Both the position numbers and the translations under genes were made by a program. A DNA stretch of 63,989 bases, counting the filler, from Perkinsus olseni (taxonomy: Eukaryota), in assembly GCA_013115125.1 (NCBI GenBank). It is 6 parts of 6 records of this genome, joined end to end, with 100 filler letters (N's around TTAATTAATTAA, not from the genome) between each part and the next. Parts side by side here need not be neighbours in the genome. Positions count along the whole stretch, not along the records: positions 11,201 to 22,260 come from JABANN010000841.1; positions 22,361 to 33,411 come from JABANN010000842.1; 4 more parts are not named here. One strand, written 5' to 3'. Below, piece by piece: positions 12,145 through 26,100 of the stretch; position 1 is the first letter of the stretch, and each line of letters opens with the position of its first letter. A model generated the notes under the pieces. It saw only the letters and a program-made list of their open reading frames with translations. It searched no databases and was not told the DNA's origin.

Positions 12145-13784
12145 TTAGTTCCTTTTCGGCTGGCTGATACATGAAAGCCCGGCCCCCATTACTACCACCA
12201 TCATCATAGCCTCCCAGCCGTCGCCGTTTCGCCGCGTATTCTCTCCTAATCACGGTAAGATACGCCGAGATTGCCAACGTAATAGGTACCAATGCTCCAT
12301 CCGACGTTCGTACGCGATGGCCTCCTCCTGCCCTGTTCGCTCCGCCTGCTCGAAAACACTATCTGGGAGACTCTCCTCGACGCCAACGGGTTTGGTCGGA
12401 GGGGCTTGGGTACCCGCCGGAGTCCTACAAGATGAGCGATGAAGGACTACCCGGGCCACCCAGCGTCTCACCTCCCGACTGGCTCGTTCGGAGGAGGGAC
12501 GGCCGCTGCTGCTGCTGCTGCTGCTGCTGCTGAGGAGCTCGCGTGAGGGGCAGGAGGACCTCCTTCTCGAGGGTGCTGGGGTCTGAAGATCGGTCGTTCG
12601 AACCACCATCACCCTCTCCGCCAAGCTAGTCCGGAGGTACTCACGGTGGCTGTCTTTGCTGCTGCCTCGCTGCTGCTCCTGCTGGCATCGTAGATGATGA
12701 CGATGCTGATGCACCAGTCCCTCGACTGTCGTACCATCTGATGAACAGTTCCAACTATGAGCGATGTTTACCAAAATCTACAAGGTTCCTGTTACTACCC
12801 TTTGTCTCCTCGAGACCCTTTCCCCTTCCCTTTCCCCTGCTGCTGTGATGGTTGTTGGTCCTGTTGGAAGCCCGCCGCGGTAGCATACCCCGGCCCCGAC
12901 GATGAAGACGATGACGAGGACGAGGAGCCACCGCCAGCACTGGCCGAGCCCCCAGCACCACCATACCAACTGCAAACGAACTCTCCTCATTACCACCCAC
13001 TACGCCTCTCTATTACTCTCGATTCGCTCCAGTCGCTACACCCCTTCCACCCTTGCCCCAGTTGCCGCCTCCTTTGTAACCAGCCCGACCGTGGGAGGCT
13101 GGTCCCCAACTCGTATTACTGGCCCCTTCCCACTCGGTAGTGTCGGTGGCCTTCTGCTGCTGCTGCCATGAGGTCATAGAACCTCCCCCGCTAGTATTGT
13201 CCCAATCCCCACCACCAGAATTACTCCATCCACCTCCATGCTGAAGAAAACAACCAACGTCCACGGCGGAGCGAAGCATGGCGGACCCTTACCGAGCGGC
13301 CCCCCTTGCCTTTAGCTGCCCGATTCCTGTCCTCCTCCTCGATAATTTGATGAACCATCTCGTACGCTATCTGCGGCGTTCGGTCGCTGAAAGGCAACGT
13401 AATGAGAAGCCCTTGATGGTGTCGCACCGACGGTACTGTTCTCAGGAATTCCGATTGCCCACTCCGAGCACTACCTCTCGATGCCGTGCAACTCCAGCTG
13501 TAGCGGCTCGTCAGAAGCAGGATGGTTCCCTTTCGTTTTGACCCCTCGGCCCATTACAGTGATATTTCGACAACCTGAGTGCCGTCACCATCACCCGTTG
13601 ATATCGCCGTTACCCACACGCCCCTACCTGCTTTCTGAGATATCTGTTTCAATCGTCTCGCTGCGTTGCCCAGCAGAAGGCCCACGATGGCCGACTCCCC
13701 TCCGAGATGAGGAAAGCGATCCACGTCAATTAGAACTTGGGCCATGGACCCGTCCTGATGGTCACTACTACGAGGAGGTACCAT
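12145..13784 (-). CDS. KH-domain (SF1/STAR-like) RNA-binding protein with Gly/Ser/Trp-rich low-complexity tail, spliced
   Basis: IVGLLLGNAARRLKQISQKA..VKTKG...SDEPLQLELHG..AYEMVHQII resembles an SF1-type KH domain. Later exons carry GW/WG, KGKG/RGG and poly-Q/S tracts; last exon ends YQPAEKEL*. Confidence 0.6.
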
Positions 13785-14139
13785 TACAACGCCACTGTGG
13801 GCGGGTAAAATGACATCTAAGTCGCACGGAGAAGGATTCAATCTCAGGGAGTATCTTAGGTTGACGACGGTGATACGGTGAAGGAGTGGTATTCGCACCG
13901 TCAAAGACCCATGATAGCCGTGCAAAGAAACATCAGATGCCGAAGGAATTTTAAGAAAACCCTAGCGCTGGCATTCCCGACGCACTGAGATACGACAGGC
14001 CAACTTCGAGAATCTTAAGTTGAAGCACAAAAGATACAGAACAGGTCGAGTTGAATAGATCCTCCCACCCCTTGGACTACAACCAAAGTCTGCTCAGACC
14101 GGAGAAAAGACTTCTGCTAGTAACGAAGTGAATAGATCA

Positions 14140-16540
14140 GAGACAGGAAGCTCGAGAGATCAGTGACAACCATCTCTGAACCTCCGAAAAACCAGCTACT
14201 AGTACAAAAGTGTTTGGTGACGAGTTACAGAAGTCACCTGAGGGCCGAAGCACTGACGAACTCCAAACTTCCACGGACAACTACCTGCCGAGTCTAGTGA
14301 GAAGCGCGGTAATCCCCCACCACCCTGTTGATGGTGTTGATGAGAACCTTAGCACTCGACGGCTTACGAACCCCCAGGCGGATGTAAGTGGGCATGCAGT
14401 ATCTGACGACGGAACAGATGACCAGACGACGAGGGGAGGAATCATAGTACCCGAACTTGCCCCAACGGATGGGTACACCAGCTGCCTTGCACTCATCCAC
14501 GATTACCTCAGCTAGGTCCTCCGAGCCAGTGTCGATCCAGATCCACGACGACCAGGCCTCACCGTACATACCTAACACCACGAGAAGATGAGCATCAAGG
14601 ATAGCAGCACGAAGGAGGAAAGGTGCAAAAACACTACAACCACGACTTGAGAACTCCTACTACTATACCACTTAATAAAACTGCGGGAAAGAGGCGATCG
14701 ACCGTACAACTACCGAAGGCCTTCGACGCGCTCAGCGGGTGGTGGGCGCCTCCCCCCACTCAGCGCGAAAACAAAAACGCCGGAAATACCCCGATGGTCA
14801 GCTAGTAGACAGTTTACCCCATAGTCGATCGAGAAATAAAGATTCCTTAACGGAAGCGACGCCTACCTGGGAAGTTTAGGTGCTGAAGCCCTTCAGTGAT
14901 GAAGGCTCTCCACTCGACTGTCAGCTTCCACGTCTTCTCCATGTACTCATCAGCCTTGCAGCAGCCAGCGAGGTAGTGCAGGGCCATTACGTTCACTGAC
15001 CATGGCACCTACAAGCGGCGTCGTACGATCTGCTTCTGCGAGGACCTGCCTGTGGACCCTACCTGCATCTTCTTGATGGCACTGGCGTCCTCCGCTGTGG
15101 GGCAGACAACCGACCCTAGCCTGATGCCAGGGCAGGCCCAAATCTTAGTCCACGAATGAATGACATATATCTGAGCAGCCAACAGCAGCAATGGACCGTT
15201 CGCCGGAGCAAAAACGATGGGAAGAGACTAGCATTGCAGTACATGCTGCAAGGCAGGAAAGGACAGACAAGAGAACGAGTTGAAGACCAACTAAGCAGTC
15301 GATATTATCAGGGCCCGAGCCGACAAAAAGGCGACTGGCAAGTAGACCAATGACGTGGAGGAAAGACAGCACTGGAAGACTATCATCCACTTACGCTGAT
15401 GCCCCTCTTCCTTTGCATGTCCTGTATGAACTCCTTCTGACTGGTGAGAGAATCTTCACGCCAGTGCGGTCCAGCCCAAGGCTGCATAGACTCATCAACC
15501 ACCACCCAACTGTTGTCATCGCACATCTTCAAAATGTATCTGACAGAGCACCACCAAAAGGCATGCAGAAGTACGCGTACAAGCTAGGAGACTTACTCTT
15601 TGATCTCTTCGACGTGCATGTAGTCACCAGTGGGGTTGCAAGGATTGACGATACTGCTAAGCTTGACACCACCATCAACATCAGACCAGTCCAACTCGAT
15701 ACGGCCGGCATTTTTAGCAGAACGACGGTACTCTTGATACTGGGTGGCAAACGGTCCTGAGAAGATAACGACGTAGAAGAGACGCAGAAGAATTCACGTG
15801 CTATCCATGAAAGAACAACCCGAATGACGAAACGCATGAAAGTCGAAACGGTCGAAAGATACTCCGAAACGAAGATTCCTCCCTACCTGGTCTCCATGGT
15901 CCCTTCGGCGCCAACCTCGATATCATATCGATCATCTCGCTCGCCCCATTACCCAGCAGCAAACGGGAGCGAGTGTCAGACCAATTATCAGGAGAGAGGA
16001 ACTTAGCCAAGTCTGTGATGGCGGGCTCAAAGTCGCTCGGGGGGTAATGCTCGATAGCTGAGGAAGAACACCGTCACCGCGCCACGAAACTCGAAGCCTT
16101 ACTGAGCAACGCTTCCTTAGCGGCTTCCAACGCTTCAGGCACCGGGCCAAGACCGTTGGTGGTGACCGAGAAATCCTCGACGAGATTACTAATCTCCGAC
16201 CATTCCTACAACAATACCACAGTCGGAAAGCAACAACAACAACCATGATCATCATCAGCCGTTACCTGTCCACCGTGGGGCGTCTGGGTCTTCAAGTCCC
16301 ACTTACTGGGCCCCTTGGCAGCAGCAGCAGCAGCAGCAGTAGGGGTTAGCTCCTCGCTACTAGTCGCCGTCGTCTCGGAGATAACTGATTCCGCAGAGGC
16401 CTGCCAACAACAATAACAACACCAAAAACACTGGACTAGAAGCAGCGTACAATCTTGTGCAAGGCCATGACGTCTTCCTCCTTCTGCTCATCGGCAATGA
16501 CCACCCCCTCCGGTACGTCCCTTGTGATAATGCTGTTCAT
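14140..16540 (-). CDS. PLP-dependent class I/II aminotransferase (HisC/CobD-like), spliced; 3' end approximate
   Basis: DFSVTTNGLGP, EHYP, LLGNGASEMI, VNPCNPTG, VVVDES, HSWTKIWACPGIRLG (PLP lysine motif), YIRLGVR. Confidence 0.85.
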
Positions 16541-16754
16541 GTTGTTAACTTGTTTATACAGTGTGGTAGGCACAACGAGCTCGAGTGAAGGATCGACTGA
16601 TTACTCCGTAAACTTCTGGTTGCATAAAACAGGTTCTCGCTTCCGAAGCGGAACCCTGCGAGAACGAAAGAGAAACTAAAGTAAAATAATAACAATAAAC
16701 CCCTCCAACAAACAGCAGTGCTCAAACGAAGAGTGGAAACATGAGAACATGACG

Positions 16755-18450
16755 CTACTCAACAACAGAGGCCCAACCCTTCCGTCGTGCCGCTGCGACT
16801 CTGGCACGTTTACCACGACATACAACCACCATGCCAACAGCATCAATGCTAGTCCAATCACCAAGTGGAGGGCCAATTGTCATCTCACCGTCACCACGGC
16901 CGAGAAATAATTGGCCACCTCTCTTCACATAACGGGCAGCTTCAGAGTCGAAGGACCAGACGATATCGTACTTCCCTCGCACCGATAGCTTCACCTTCAC
17001 CGCGCCACGAAATTGGCCGCAAACCTTTTCCAAGGCGATAGCGTCCTCAACTGCAGACGGTAGTACATGAACCTTCCGAGCTCCACCCGAGGACTCCGAC
17101 AACACGAACGGCGCCAACCTGAACGGCCCCGAAAAGAGAACACTTCTGCCACGGAACTCGTCACAGCCAAGCCGACTACACAACCATTCGATAAGAAATC
17201 GCTCCGCTTTACTGAGGCCCGGCAGATGACTGGGCCAGGCCACAGACACAGCGCCGCCAGGAACCGATAAAATCCTCACCGAAAGTCTCTCGAGATCTAT
17301 ATCCTTCAACTCGAGCTTGCACTCTGCAGCACCTTTACTTCCCCTGCTAGCCTCAAGGACTGCTCCACGCTCCAGCGCCCGAGCACGCGACCGTCGAGCG
17401 AGAAAACTGCGCAATTGTGACGCTCGTTTGTGACGGAGGATGTCTCTAGCGCAGACCGCAGCGAGGTTGCCGGCTCTCAAGGCCACAACATCGTCATACA
17501 GGTTACCCGACCTGTCTTGGACGGAGCTACCCTTCACAATCCTCACCATCACAGGAGAGCACCGCATCGCCCTCAGCTCCCGCATGGCAGGGTTTTGACA
17601 CCGGAAATCAGCAGACACTTCCACCACTTCGAAATCGGCAGTACTCCGGCAAACGTCTACGAAGGCCTCTAGAGAGCCGAGACGCCTCGAGGCAAAGAGC
17701 CAGCATTCACCACCAGGAGCGAGCAGTCTCTTGATGGTCTCTTGAAGAGAATAGTGTGTCTCACGGCTGTAAACCACGTCGGCACAGATAATTTGGTGGA
17801 AAAAGTACCGGTACCGGGGATCGAACTCGCGCCCCCAAACAAGGACCTCCGCTCTGATGGTAGTCGAAGCCGGAGATTCCGTCAAGTGGCGATTCCTCAC
17901 GATGGTGCGGTTCAAGCTCTTCACCACCTGAACGAAGTCGCGTGCGCCTCGGACCTGCTGCACAACAAAGGCACAGGGGCAAGGCGATGGCACAGTCAGC
18001 TAAACCACAGGGACAGCGAATCGATCACGAGGGCGTAGCGAGATGTGCACAACACGACACAAAGCGAGGCGTATCATTCACCTTGTCATCTCCGTCAGTG
18101 AGGAGAACATCTATTCCGTTGGGTATCGCTGCCGCTGCCGCAAGGCCGGCAATCCCCAAGCCAGCTCCAAGCTCCATCAGTCGGAATGGGGTCGATCGGC
18201 CTTGGACCTCCGCGGGGAGGTGTTCCAGCACGTACTGGGTGAGAACCTACACCAATGCAGAAGCAGCGTATTAGGCCCCAAGCACGGTCCTTGCCAGTGA
18301 AAGGAAACAGAGTCTTTCAAAAGGATACGAGGATGGTAATATCTGATGACGCTGCCATACTAGTCAAGAAGCCCAACCGAGATCAATACCGAGGGATTCA
18401 CGAGTTTGCCGCAGCCAATTCGGGTACGCACGCACCGTCACAGTCAACGT
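16755..18450 (-). CDS. SAM-dependent lysine methyltransferase (METTL21/CaM-KMT family); 5' exons uncertain, may reach ~19590
   Basis: Motif I MELGAGLGIAGL, post-I VLLTDG, LVWG, IICADVVY, LLAPGG. Confidence 0.8.
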
Positions 18451-19645
18451 GAAGGGGGCCGTATCGCTTGGCTCCAGGTTAACTCTTTCTAGTGCTAACC
18501 TAGAGCGATACTAACAAGGAATGGGATAACATCAACTAAGGCACACTCATAGTTCGAAGACTGGGCAGTGATTCGGTCGCCACGGCACGCGTGCGCGTTG
18601 TCCCATCCGCTTTACCCATGCGTGCAAGCGGGACTGTCGTAGGCACATTGACGAAAGGTGGGTTGAGCCCCATAAGAAGAGCCCTTCCTAGAGACCGCAG
18701 CCGCCGTAGCACATGAAGCTCCCGAAACCCAGGAGCATGGTGCTCGATAAGACTTCTAGCCCAACTGGGGGCGCAACCAACCATTAGATACTGCCCAAGG
18801 CGCGCGTTCAATACTCAGCGTGTCTACTTTTCCACCACAGCTGCGTGAGAAGCAGCACCTCTTCGCTCGGGGACATCCGCTTAGCCATAGGGCACTTGAA
18901 CTTAGTTCTATCAGCCCCTTCCAATGGTTTGCAGATACTCACGTAACGGTCTCGTGTCACTTCGCCAAATTGATACACCAGGACCTGATGGCCATGGTCG
19001 CAAGGGAAACTCAGAAGACACGTGAGTGTTCGAGAAGTTCCATCAAATAGGAACTACCTCGAGCGAGATTCAGTCCAGCAGCCGGCTTCTTCAAAACACG
19101 CATCCAATTCTCCGCAATTGTTACTTGAATCTTTGGTTCCACATTAAAAGGCCTCTCCGCACGAAGCCAAGCCGCGAAGAACGTCAAATAACAACGGAAA
19201 AAGCACTGTCTAATATCGCTATTTTCCGTAGCGATAATAGAACGTGCCAGGCAGCATCATCCGGAAGAGAACGGACGATGGGCCAGCGCCCACAGATTCC
19301 ACGATTCACAAGTGGCCCGTCCCGTAGCAGACACGCTTGATCATTGTTGCGTATCAAAAAGGTCTCACAAATCCGTCCCGCGCCATCAGCTTACTTTCGC
19401 CAAGCATCCACTCAGCTCATCAACCTCCACTGTCGTCTCGCACTCAAAGAAGCCCCAATCCGACCGGCCCACTGCGGTCCTTTCAAGCTGTGAGCATCGA
19501 GATGCAACCATGAAGATACCAACCCGCTGGCCAACCCGACTCCAGTTCGCGCTGTACTCCCCACTCAACTCCCTCAGGCAACATTCGACTGGAGAAACGT
19601 TTTACGTATTGGACAGTGTGAAGAGGGGGCGGCGGGAAGGCAGGA

Positions 19646-20924
19646 CTAACGCTTCCGTTCCTGTCTGAACTTATACACCACCCTCCCATCCGCATCGACC
19701 ATCTTCTTCCGACGACCTCTCTCCGAGCGAACCTGGAAACGACGCGAGCTCCGAGACCGACTCCAGAAAACACTTTCTCCGCCATTTCCGTTGAAATCAG
19801 TAGCACTACTATTCTAACGTTTATATGCTTGCGTATTCCCTTTTTATGCTCCCTTTTTTATAACCTCTTTCCTAAGCTCCAATTCCGCTTCGACCTCCTT
19901 GAGCTTGTCGGCCCTATTCTGAAGGCTTAGCAGAGTTGAGTACTGCTGAGAGGCTTCACCTTGGATTCCGCTAGCAGCCACTGGCACCACTGAAGCACAA
20001 AACATCAACGCCAACTCGAGAATTCACCATTTCTAACCAGTGTTCTCCGAACACCGGAAACGCACTTTGACGATGTGCCGACTACCTCCCTTAGCCAACT
20101 GCTCCTTAGTCAGCCTATTACTGGCCCTTCCTAGTAGTCTCTCATCAGTATCGAAATACACAGCCGGATCGAACTGAAAAAAATCGCCAAAACCAGCAAG
20201 TAGCAAGAGGCTCTACTAGACAACACAGCCATGACCTCCTACTACCTTCCCCTCAGTCTCATCATCCGAGTCCACAAAAATCGTATGCTGGCCAGAGAAG
20301 TCATCCAACCTGTAAGATTCCTTGTGGCATGAGCAGGCTTCGACCTGGATCCTACAAGTGAAGATTCTTCTTCATTTTTTCGATCTTTTTCTCGTCAATG
20401 ACCCTCCTGCTGGTCACATAACGCAAGTCTTGCGTGTCCACCAGTTTGAGCTGGTCTCTATCCAACTTCGCTCCGGACTGGATGACGTCACCTGAGCCAA
20501 GCCAACCATCAACTTCAAGTCAGTCCCAGCACACGGGCACTACTAAAGACTCATCTACTGGACGATATCAGTCACGAAGAGACCAAGAGAATAACGAAGG
20601 AAGTTGCGAACTCTGGCAACCCGACATTACCCTGCTTCTGCTTGGAGCTGGTCATGCGGTAGTAGAACTCATCCTTATTACGAAGGGCAGCCTTCTGCCT
20701 CAAGTTATCTGAACAACACCCACCACTCGATCCTCATATTATTCTGACCTCTCTAGCTGGTGATTACTCAGCTGGTCCTCCTTCTTATGGTAGTCCTTCG
20801 CTCTTCTGCTGTAGTCTTTGTGTTTCTCCAACAACCCCAGCTTCTGCCGAGACGCTAGTTGGTGCCTCTCTTTATGCGTCCGTCGAGCCACCACATGCCT
20901 GAGGGCCCCGCTGCCGGCTGTCAT
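19646..20924 (-). CDS. UTP11: U3 snoRNA-associated protein 11, spliced
   Basis: N-terminus [37 protein letters not shown]-terminus [10 protein letters not shown]. Confidence 0.92.
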
Positions 20925-22260
20925 GGCACAAACGCTTGCACTACACCAACCATCAACATCGAAGCTTGATTTCAGTCAAGGTTGTGCAAAAATTTCCTGC
21001 ACGATTATCTGACAGTTTTGGTCAATAATCATCGTACGGTGTAATGATGAACATCCAGGAATCGTCATCATCCTCTGCAACGCGACCGGCATTCCCGCGA
21101 AAATTTCCAATTTATTGCCCTACCATATGACCAAGCATCGCGCAATGGTCCAATATAATATCAACACATTGCACTACCTGGTAGAGCTCAACTGTTCAGC
21201 GAGGGGGCTCGAACCGTCGCTCTGACGTCACCAAAAAGTATTCCCTGCAATTGCAGGAAAAAGTCTTTGAGAAACGGCCGGCAGGGTGATGCTCCGTTCA
21301 GTACTTGACAGTAGTACCGCCATTGCTAGACTACCCGTGGTAGTGGTACATTTTTGTGTCGGAAACTGGATGTGGCACTGAGTACCGTTACTTCGGCAGG
21401 GCGCCGCAATCACTTGCTGGTGCGCCCGAAATTTGGGCACCATCCCGGATAGTCCAACGTGGTTAACAGAAAGGTCCCAGGGAGGTCTGTTGTCCATAGT
21501 GACTTGCCGCATGGCAATTATCGGTTCCCCCGGTGTGCGTTCGGGGATTGTCGATCGCGTTTTCTCGCGAACTTTCGGCAGTCATCCCGCCGCCGATCGT
21601 GAAAAGGAAGCCAAGCGAGGAGCATTCTCAGATAAAATTATGCCGGTAGCTTTTCTTGTTTTTATTCTCGCCAAATATGGTTCAAGTGATCCTCGTGAGC
21701 ATGGATGGTCTGCTATGCGACTACTGCCTTTTCCCGAGCGATGGGAGAGGGTAAACCAATACATACGGGTTCAAGGAGAATTATATCTGCGATGATCAGG
21801 TTACGGTGTTCCGCCGATAGAGTTGACTGCCAAGACCTTCGCAGGGAACATAAGAGAGGTAGAACGACCTCCTCGGTTGTGATAATAAGCGATTTTGATC
21901 TTTTCCTGACTGATTTCAGTACGGAGCTATCAATCCCGAGTACGCCGCGGCGTACTTGCCAGACAGATTCTAGAGAAGAAAGGGTGAGCAGGAGGCTGGA
22001 TGTTAACTTAAACAGGGATGCTATTTGCTGTGAGGTTCTTTGAGAATGCACCACCGGTTCCCGGGGCAATAAAGGCGTCGAGTATTTGATGAACACAGCT
22101 GACACCGAGGTCCGTTTAGACCTCAAAATGACAATTTGTATATTGTCGGCACGACAATATACGCCGTATATCATACGGTACTTCGCTCACTACACCATTT
22201 CCCGAGCAAATAAAATGTTTTTTCGTTCGGTTTAAACCATTTTGATAGCAATTTAGCGAG

Positions 22261-22360
22261 NNNNNNNNNNNNNNNNNNNNNNNNNNNNNNNNNNNNNNNN
22301 NNNNTTAATTAATTAANNNNNNNNNNNNNNNNNNNNNNNNNNNNNNNNNNNNNNNNNNNN
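22261..22360. other. Assembly linker
   Basis: N run with TTAATTAATTAA. Confidence 0.98.
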
Positions 22361-23104
22361 CATATGAAAGCTTCGTATTAAGCAAGATATCTCAATTTTG
22401 GTCATTTGCATATCAAAATGGCACACACAGTATTAGTATTAGTGATGGGGAGTCGATTATTTATTGCATTACAGTGCTGTACTATGATTGCGGAGCGAGC
22501 CCAGCGTGTACTGTCAATTCGCGCTTCTCTGTGCGTTTATTCCTTCGTTCCTTCCCTAGTAGGGAATCCCTACCCACATCGACTGTGTCGATGAAACTCG
22601 CGTCACACAAACCATTGCGAAGCCCGCCATCCTGATAAAAAATCGAAACTGCTTTTACCCTCATTCTACCATCCGGAATTGTTGCGCGCCGTGTAAAATA
22701 CGGAGAACCCCTGCCCGGGATTTGAAGCCGGGTAGCCCCGAACGCCGCGGTTTCGTCGTCACGAAGGCCAAGTGCAAATGGTTATATAGTTGCTAATAGT
22801 CTCTCCGCAGTTTTGGTCGTGTAGGTACGGGTGTTGCGGTGATTGGTGGGAAGCTGTTGGCGAAGCGGATATCAGAGCGACACATTTGCCTTGCCGGTGG
22901 CGTCCTTTTTCTGGCGTTCGCGATCACCTCGATTGTGATGGGGGTCGAGGATGAAAGCGCTTCGATAAACGGCGGGTTTTCCGTCGACGGGCCTGTTCAT
23001 GTTCGGTGAGGGCCTGATCTAAATGTTTTATGCGTGCTTTGAGTATTGAGTTAGTAAGATTTGTCAAGATATGCGACCTATTTTGTATCTTGCCAGCTCG
23101 ACCT

Positions 23105-26100
23105 ATGGATACGATCGTCAGTAATGAGGAGTTCGTAGCGTGCACGGGTGTGGTTGACTATGATTATGACGCTACTGAGTGCTGGGGGAGGAACGACGTG
23201 TGCGATCGAGGTCGCGGGGACGGCGAAGGCGAGGTTGAAGAAGTGGATTTTTTCCAGAAGTAAAATAGCCTTCTGGGAATGATGGGAACTGCACTCGTTC
23301 TTAAATTAAGCCAAGGACTGTGAGGATGCTTGTACTCTGTATTCTTATATATATGAGCGAGCACCTGCTGATCCGGGACATGGCTCTGTCGAGGGTGGAT
23401 GCTCTGAGGAGGAGGAGGAGGAGGAGGAGGAGGAGCAAAACGCTTCTCCTCGGCAAGGACTCGGAACTGAGTCTTGCATCTTCAACTCCTTCCCTCCCTC
23501 TGCTTTGGGAACGCTCGGTTGAGAAGATCTTCCCGAGTGCATTCTCGCGCTCCCCGTGAGAAGCTAGTGGCTACGGATGCAGGGTGTAGCCGGCGTGAGA
23601 TTCTTAGGTTAGATAGTTGAGAGATCTCAGTCGGGCACCGAGAGATCGATGGCCTCACGAGTATAGGGAGGTCTACTCACAAGTTCAGAATTCATTCGAA
23701 AAAGCAAGAAGGGCCTTTCTGGGAAGTGGCGAATCTCAGCGACGGATGGAGGCCCAAGAGGCTTCGCGTTTCAGTAACTCGCACTTGTGTCACTCTACTC
23801 TCGCACTTTCGAGCACCCACAGATGGCTTGGCCTCATCCTTCGTAGACTCCTCAGACAGTTAGAGTGACTATAACGTCTGCTAGTCCATCGCTATCACTT
23901 TCAGAGAGAAGGGCAAGTCGCTGACGCTCATCGACGAGATAGTAGCGCTGGCCGTTGAGCAAAGAGACCTGCAAGGCACCGGGAAGGCGTTCGAGTCTGT
24001 TTTAGGAAGGTGCCAGAGGCTTTGTTATGACCTCAAGGATTTGCTTCAACCGTGAGAGGATAGGGAAGGCGATCAACGTTTGTTCTCAAAGTCGCGTGAT
24101 TTTTGGAAACTGCAGACGGACGGATTCTTATTTGAATAAAGTATCGCTAATACGGTTAAGAAAAAGATTTTCAACGGTTCGCTCATCCCTCGTTCGGAGC
24201 CGTTCATGCGTCTCGCGGGCTACTGGAATCCTGGGTAAGTCCTCGGCGCAGGTATCAAGAGAGGGGAGCGCTCCTAGATGCCCACATGGCAGACCTCACC
24301 TCACCGCTCATTGCTTTTATTGTGGACCAAGTGTCTCGGAAGGAGCCTCACGCTTGGCCGAAGAGCTGCCATTTGATATGCTCTACCCTTTATCTTATCT
24401 TCAAGGTAGTTCATTGCGAGCTCCGAAGATACGCGTAAAGCAGTAGCGACGGGCTTGTGCTGCTGCTTGGGACGTTAATCGCTTGCGGGCTTCACGTCAG
24501 GCAAAGAGCGTCGCTTTTCGTCTAATGCGTATGCCTGATTAAGAGTTTATGTATTATCACTAGTCCTTCGTGAGGAAGTGGAAAAGCTCGCTCAGCGAAG
24601 CCTTGGACGCAACATTGTGAAATATTCACTGCACGCGACGGTCGCCGGTTCGAATCCCAGGCTCGGCATTTTTCTGTGAAAAATGATTTTGGCACATAAC
24701 TCTCGGTGGAAGCATTGTCGAGTAGTTTTACCTACTGAATCATACTGATAGTGAATCCGGGTAGTGTGCGTCTTGGCTCATATGCAGTTTTGGCTGGGGA
24801 GAAGTAGTTGTACGCACGCACGCTCGAAATGACCCGATTCCAGATAATAAAGCTCCGCTCGCTTCGCAGTTGATAGAATTATCGGAAGCTTTGAACTGTC
24901 TGAGGGTTATGATTTTTGAGTAACTATGTGAGTTGTTTGAATTCCAGGTCCTCCAATATGGTTATCTATGATTACGTGATCACTGCGGAGCGATTGACTT
25001 TCTTAGTTATGATCATCACAGTCTTCGTCGTGATAATAAATTTCTGATAATTTCTACTACAGTGTTACAGATGATGTTACCTACGATTATGTACTACTTA
25101 AATTGGAGTTTCGCCCGTAGTACGTGGCTCCATCCATAAGTACTTTCTGTACACCCAGTACCTCTAGTGCATTCCATTGAATTCGTTTACAAGATCGATG
25201 AGAAGCTCCATCGTCGTCAGGTCAGAGGGCTGAGCAAGGCGCCATTCGGTCACTTCCCTCACGAGATCTCCCTCATCGAGCCAGTGCTGGACCAGGCGGA
25301 GGTGCTGCTGCTTACCGAGAGTGACAATAAAGGCTCAGAAGCTTTGGAGGGCTGGGAGTCTAAGTGAGTTCGACGAACCGAATTATTCCGCAGAGCGCTC
25401 GGGTGGCGAAGCGGAACGTCGGAGTTGGAATTTCGTCCAGTGGAGCCTCGGGGATACCATACTGAGCACAGCTAAGAAATTCTCCCCGAGGCCAGTCGCT
25501 GTTCAACGAGTATCCGAGAGGGTCAGCTGAGCAAGGTCCGGCACATCCTCGATCGGCTCTTCGGACGTGGTGGTCGGAGTGGCGGGTGTAGGTTCATAAT
25601 GCTTGTTTGGCTTTCTGTGCTCTTACTGGCACCATTCCCGTTCTCATCATGGCCAACTGCCGATGTGCCCAAGAGGATTGCGAGATGGTGAGGGGACGTG
25701 TATTAGGTTGAGCGTCTTTTCCTATGAGATGAGGACGTCTCCCTGCTTGAACGCATTTTTACTGAAATAAATAAGGGTGTATCTTAGCAAGGGACAGCCC
25801 CGTGGTTCCAGCTGCATCGGACAGTCGTCCGGCTTCTACTCTCTGAGCGCATCCGCGAGAGACTCTCACCGAGGGTCTTGCTGTCGGGGATTGCTAAGTT
25901 CGGCATCTGGTAGCGAGACAGAAGCCCCTCATTTGAGAGTGCATAAAATGAGCGTTTTTTGGGGTCACAAACAGATCGGTTTCGGTTTTGAGAAGTTCCG
26001 GTCGAACCATTAAAACTTTCTGTTTGCATTACATCAGCAATCGGATTTCCCTTCGTAGTCATTGGCCTCCTCAGTTGCACCACAGCACTACAAAGCCATT

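Noticed and set aside
21228-22174. ORFs at the end of contig 2
   Set aside because: Overlapping short ORFs with no motif or consistent splice pattern.
23406-23435. (GAG)n and other short triplet runs (also 12505-12531, 16320-16338, 36228-36248)
   Set aside because: Ordinary microsatellites or low-complexity coding.
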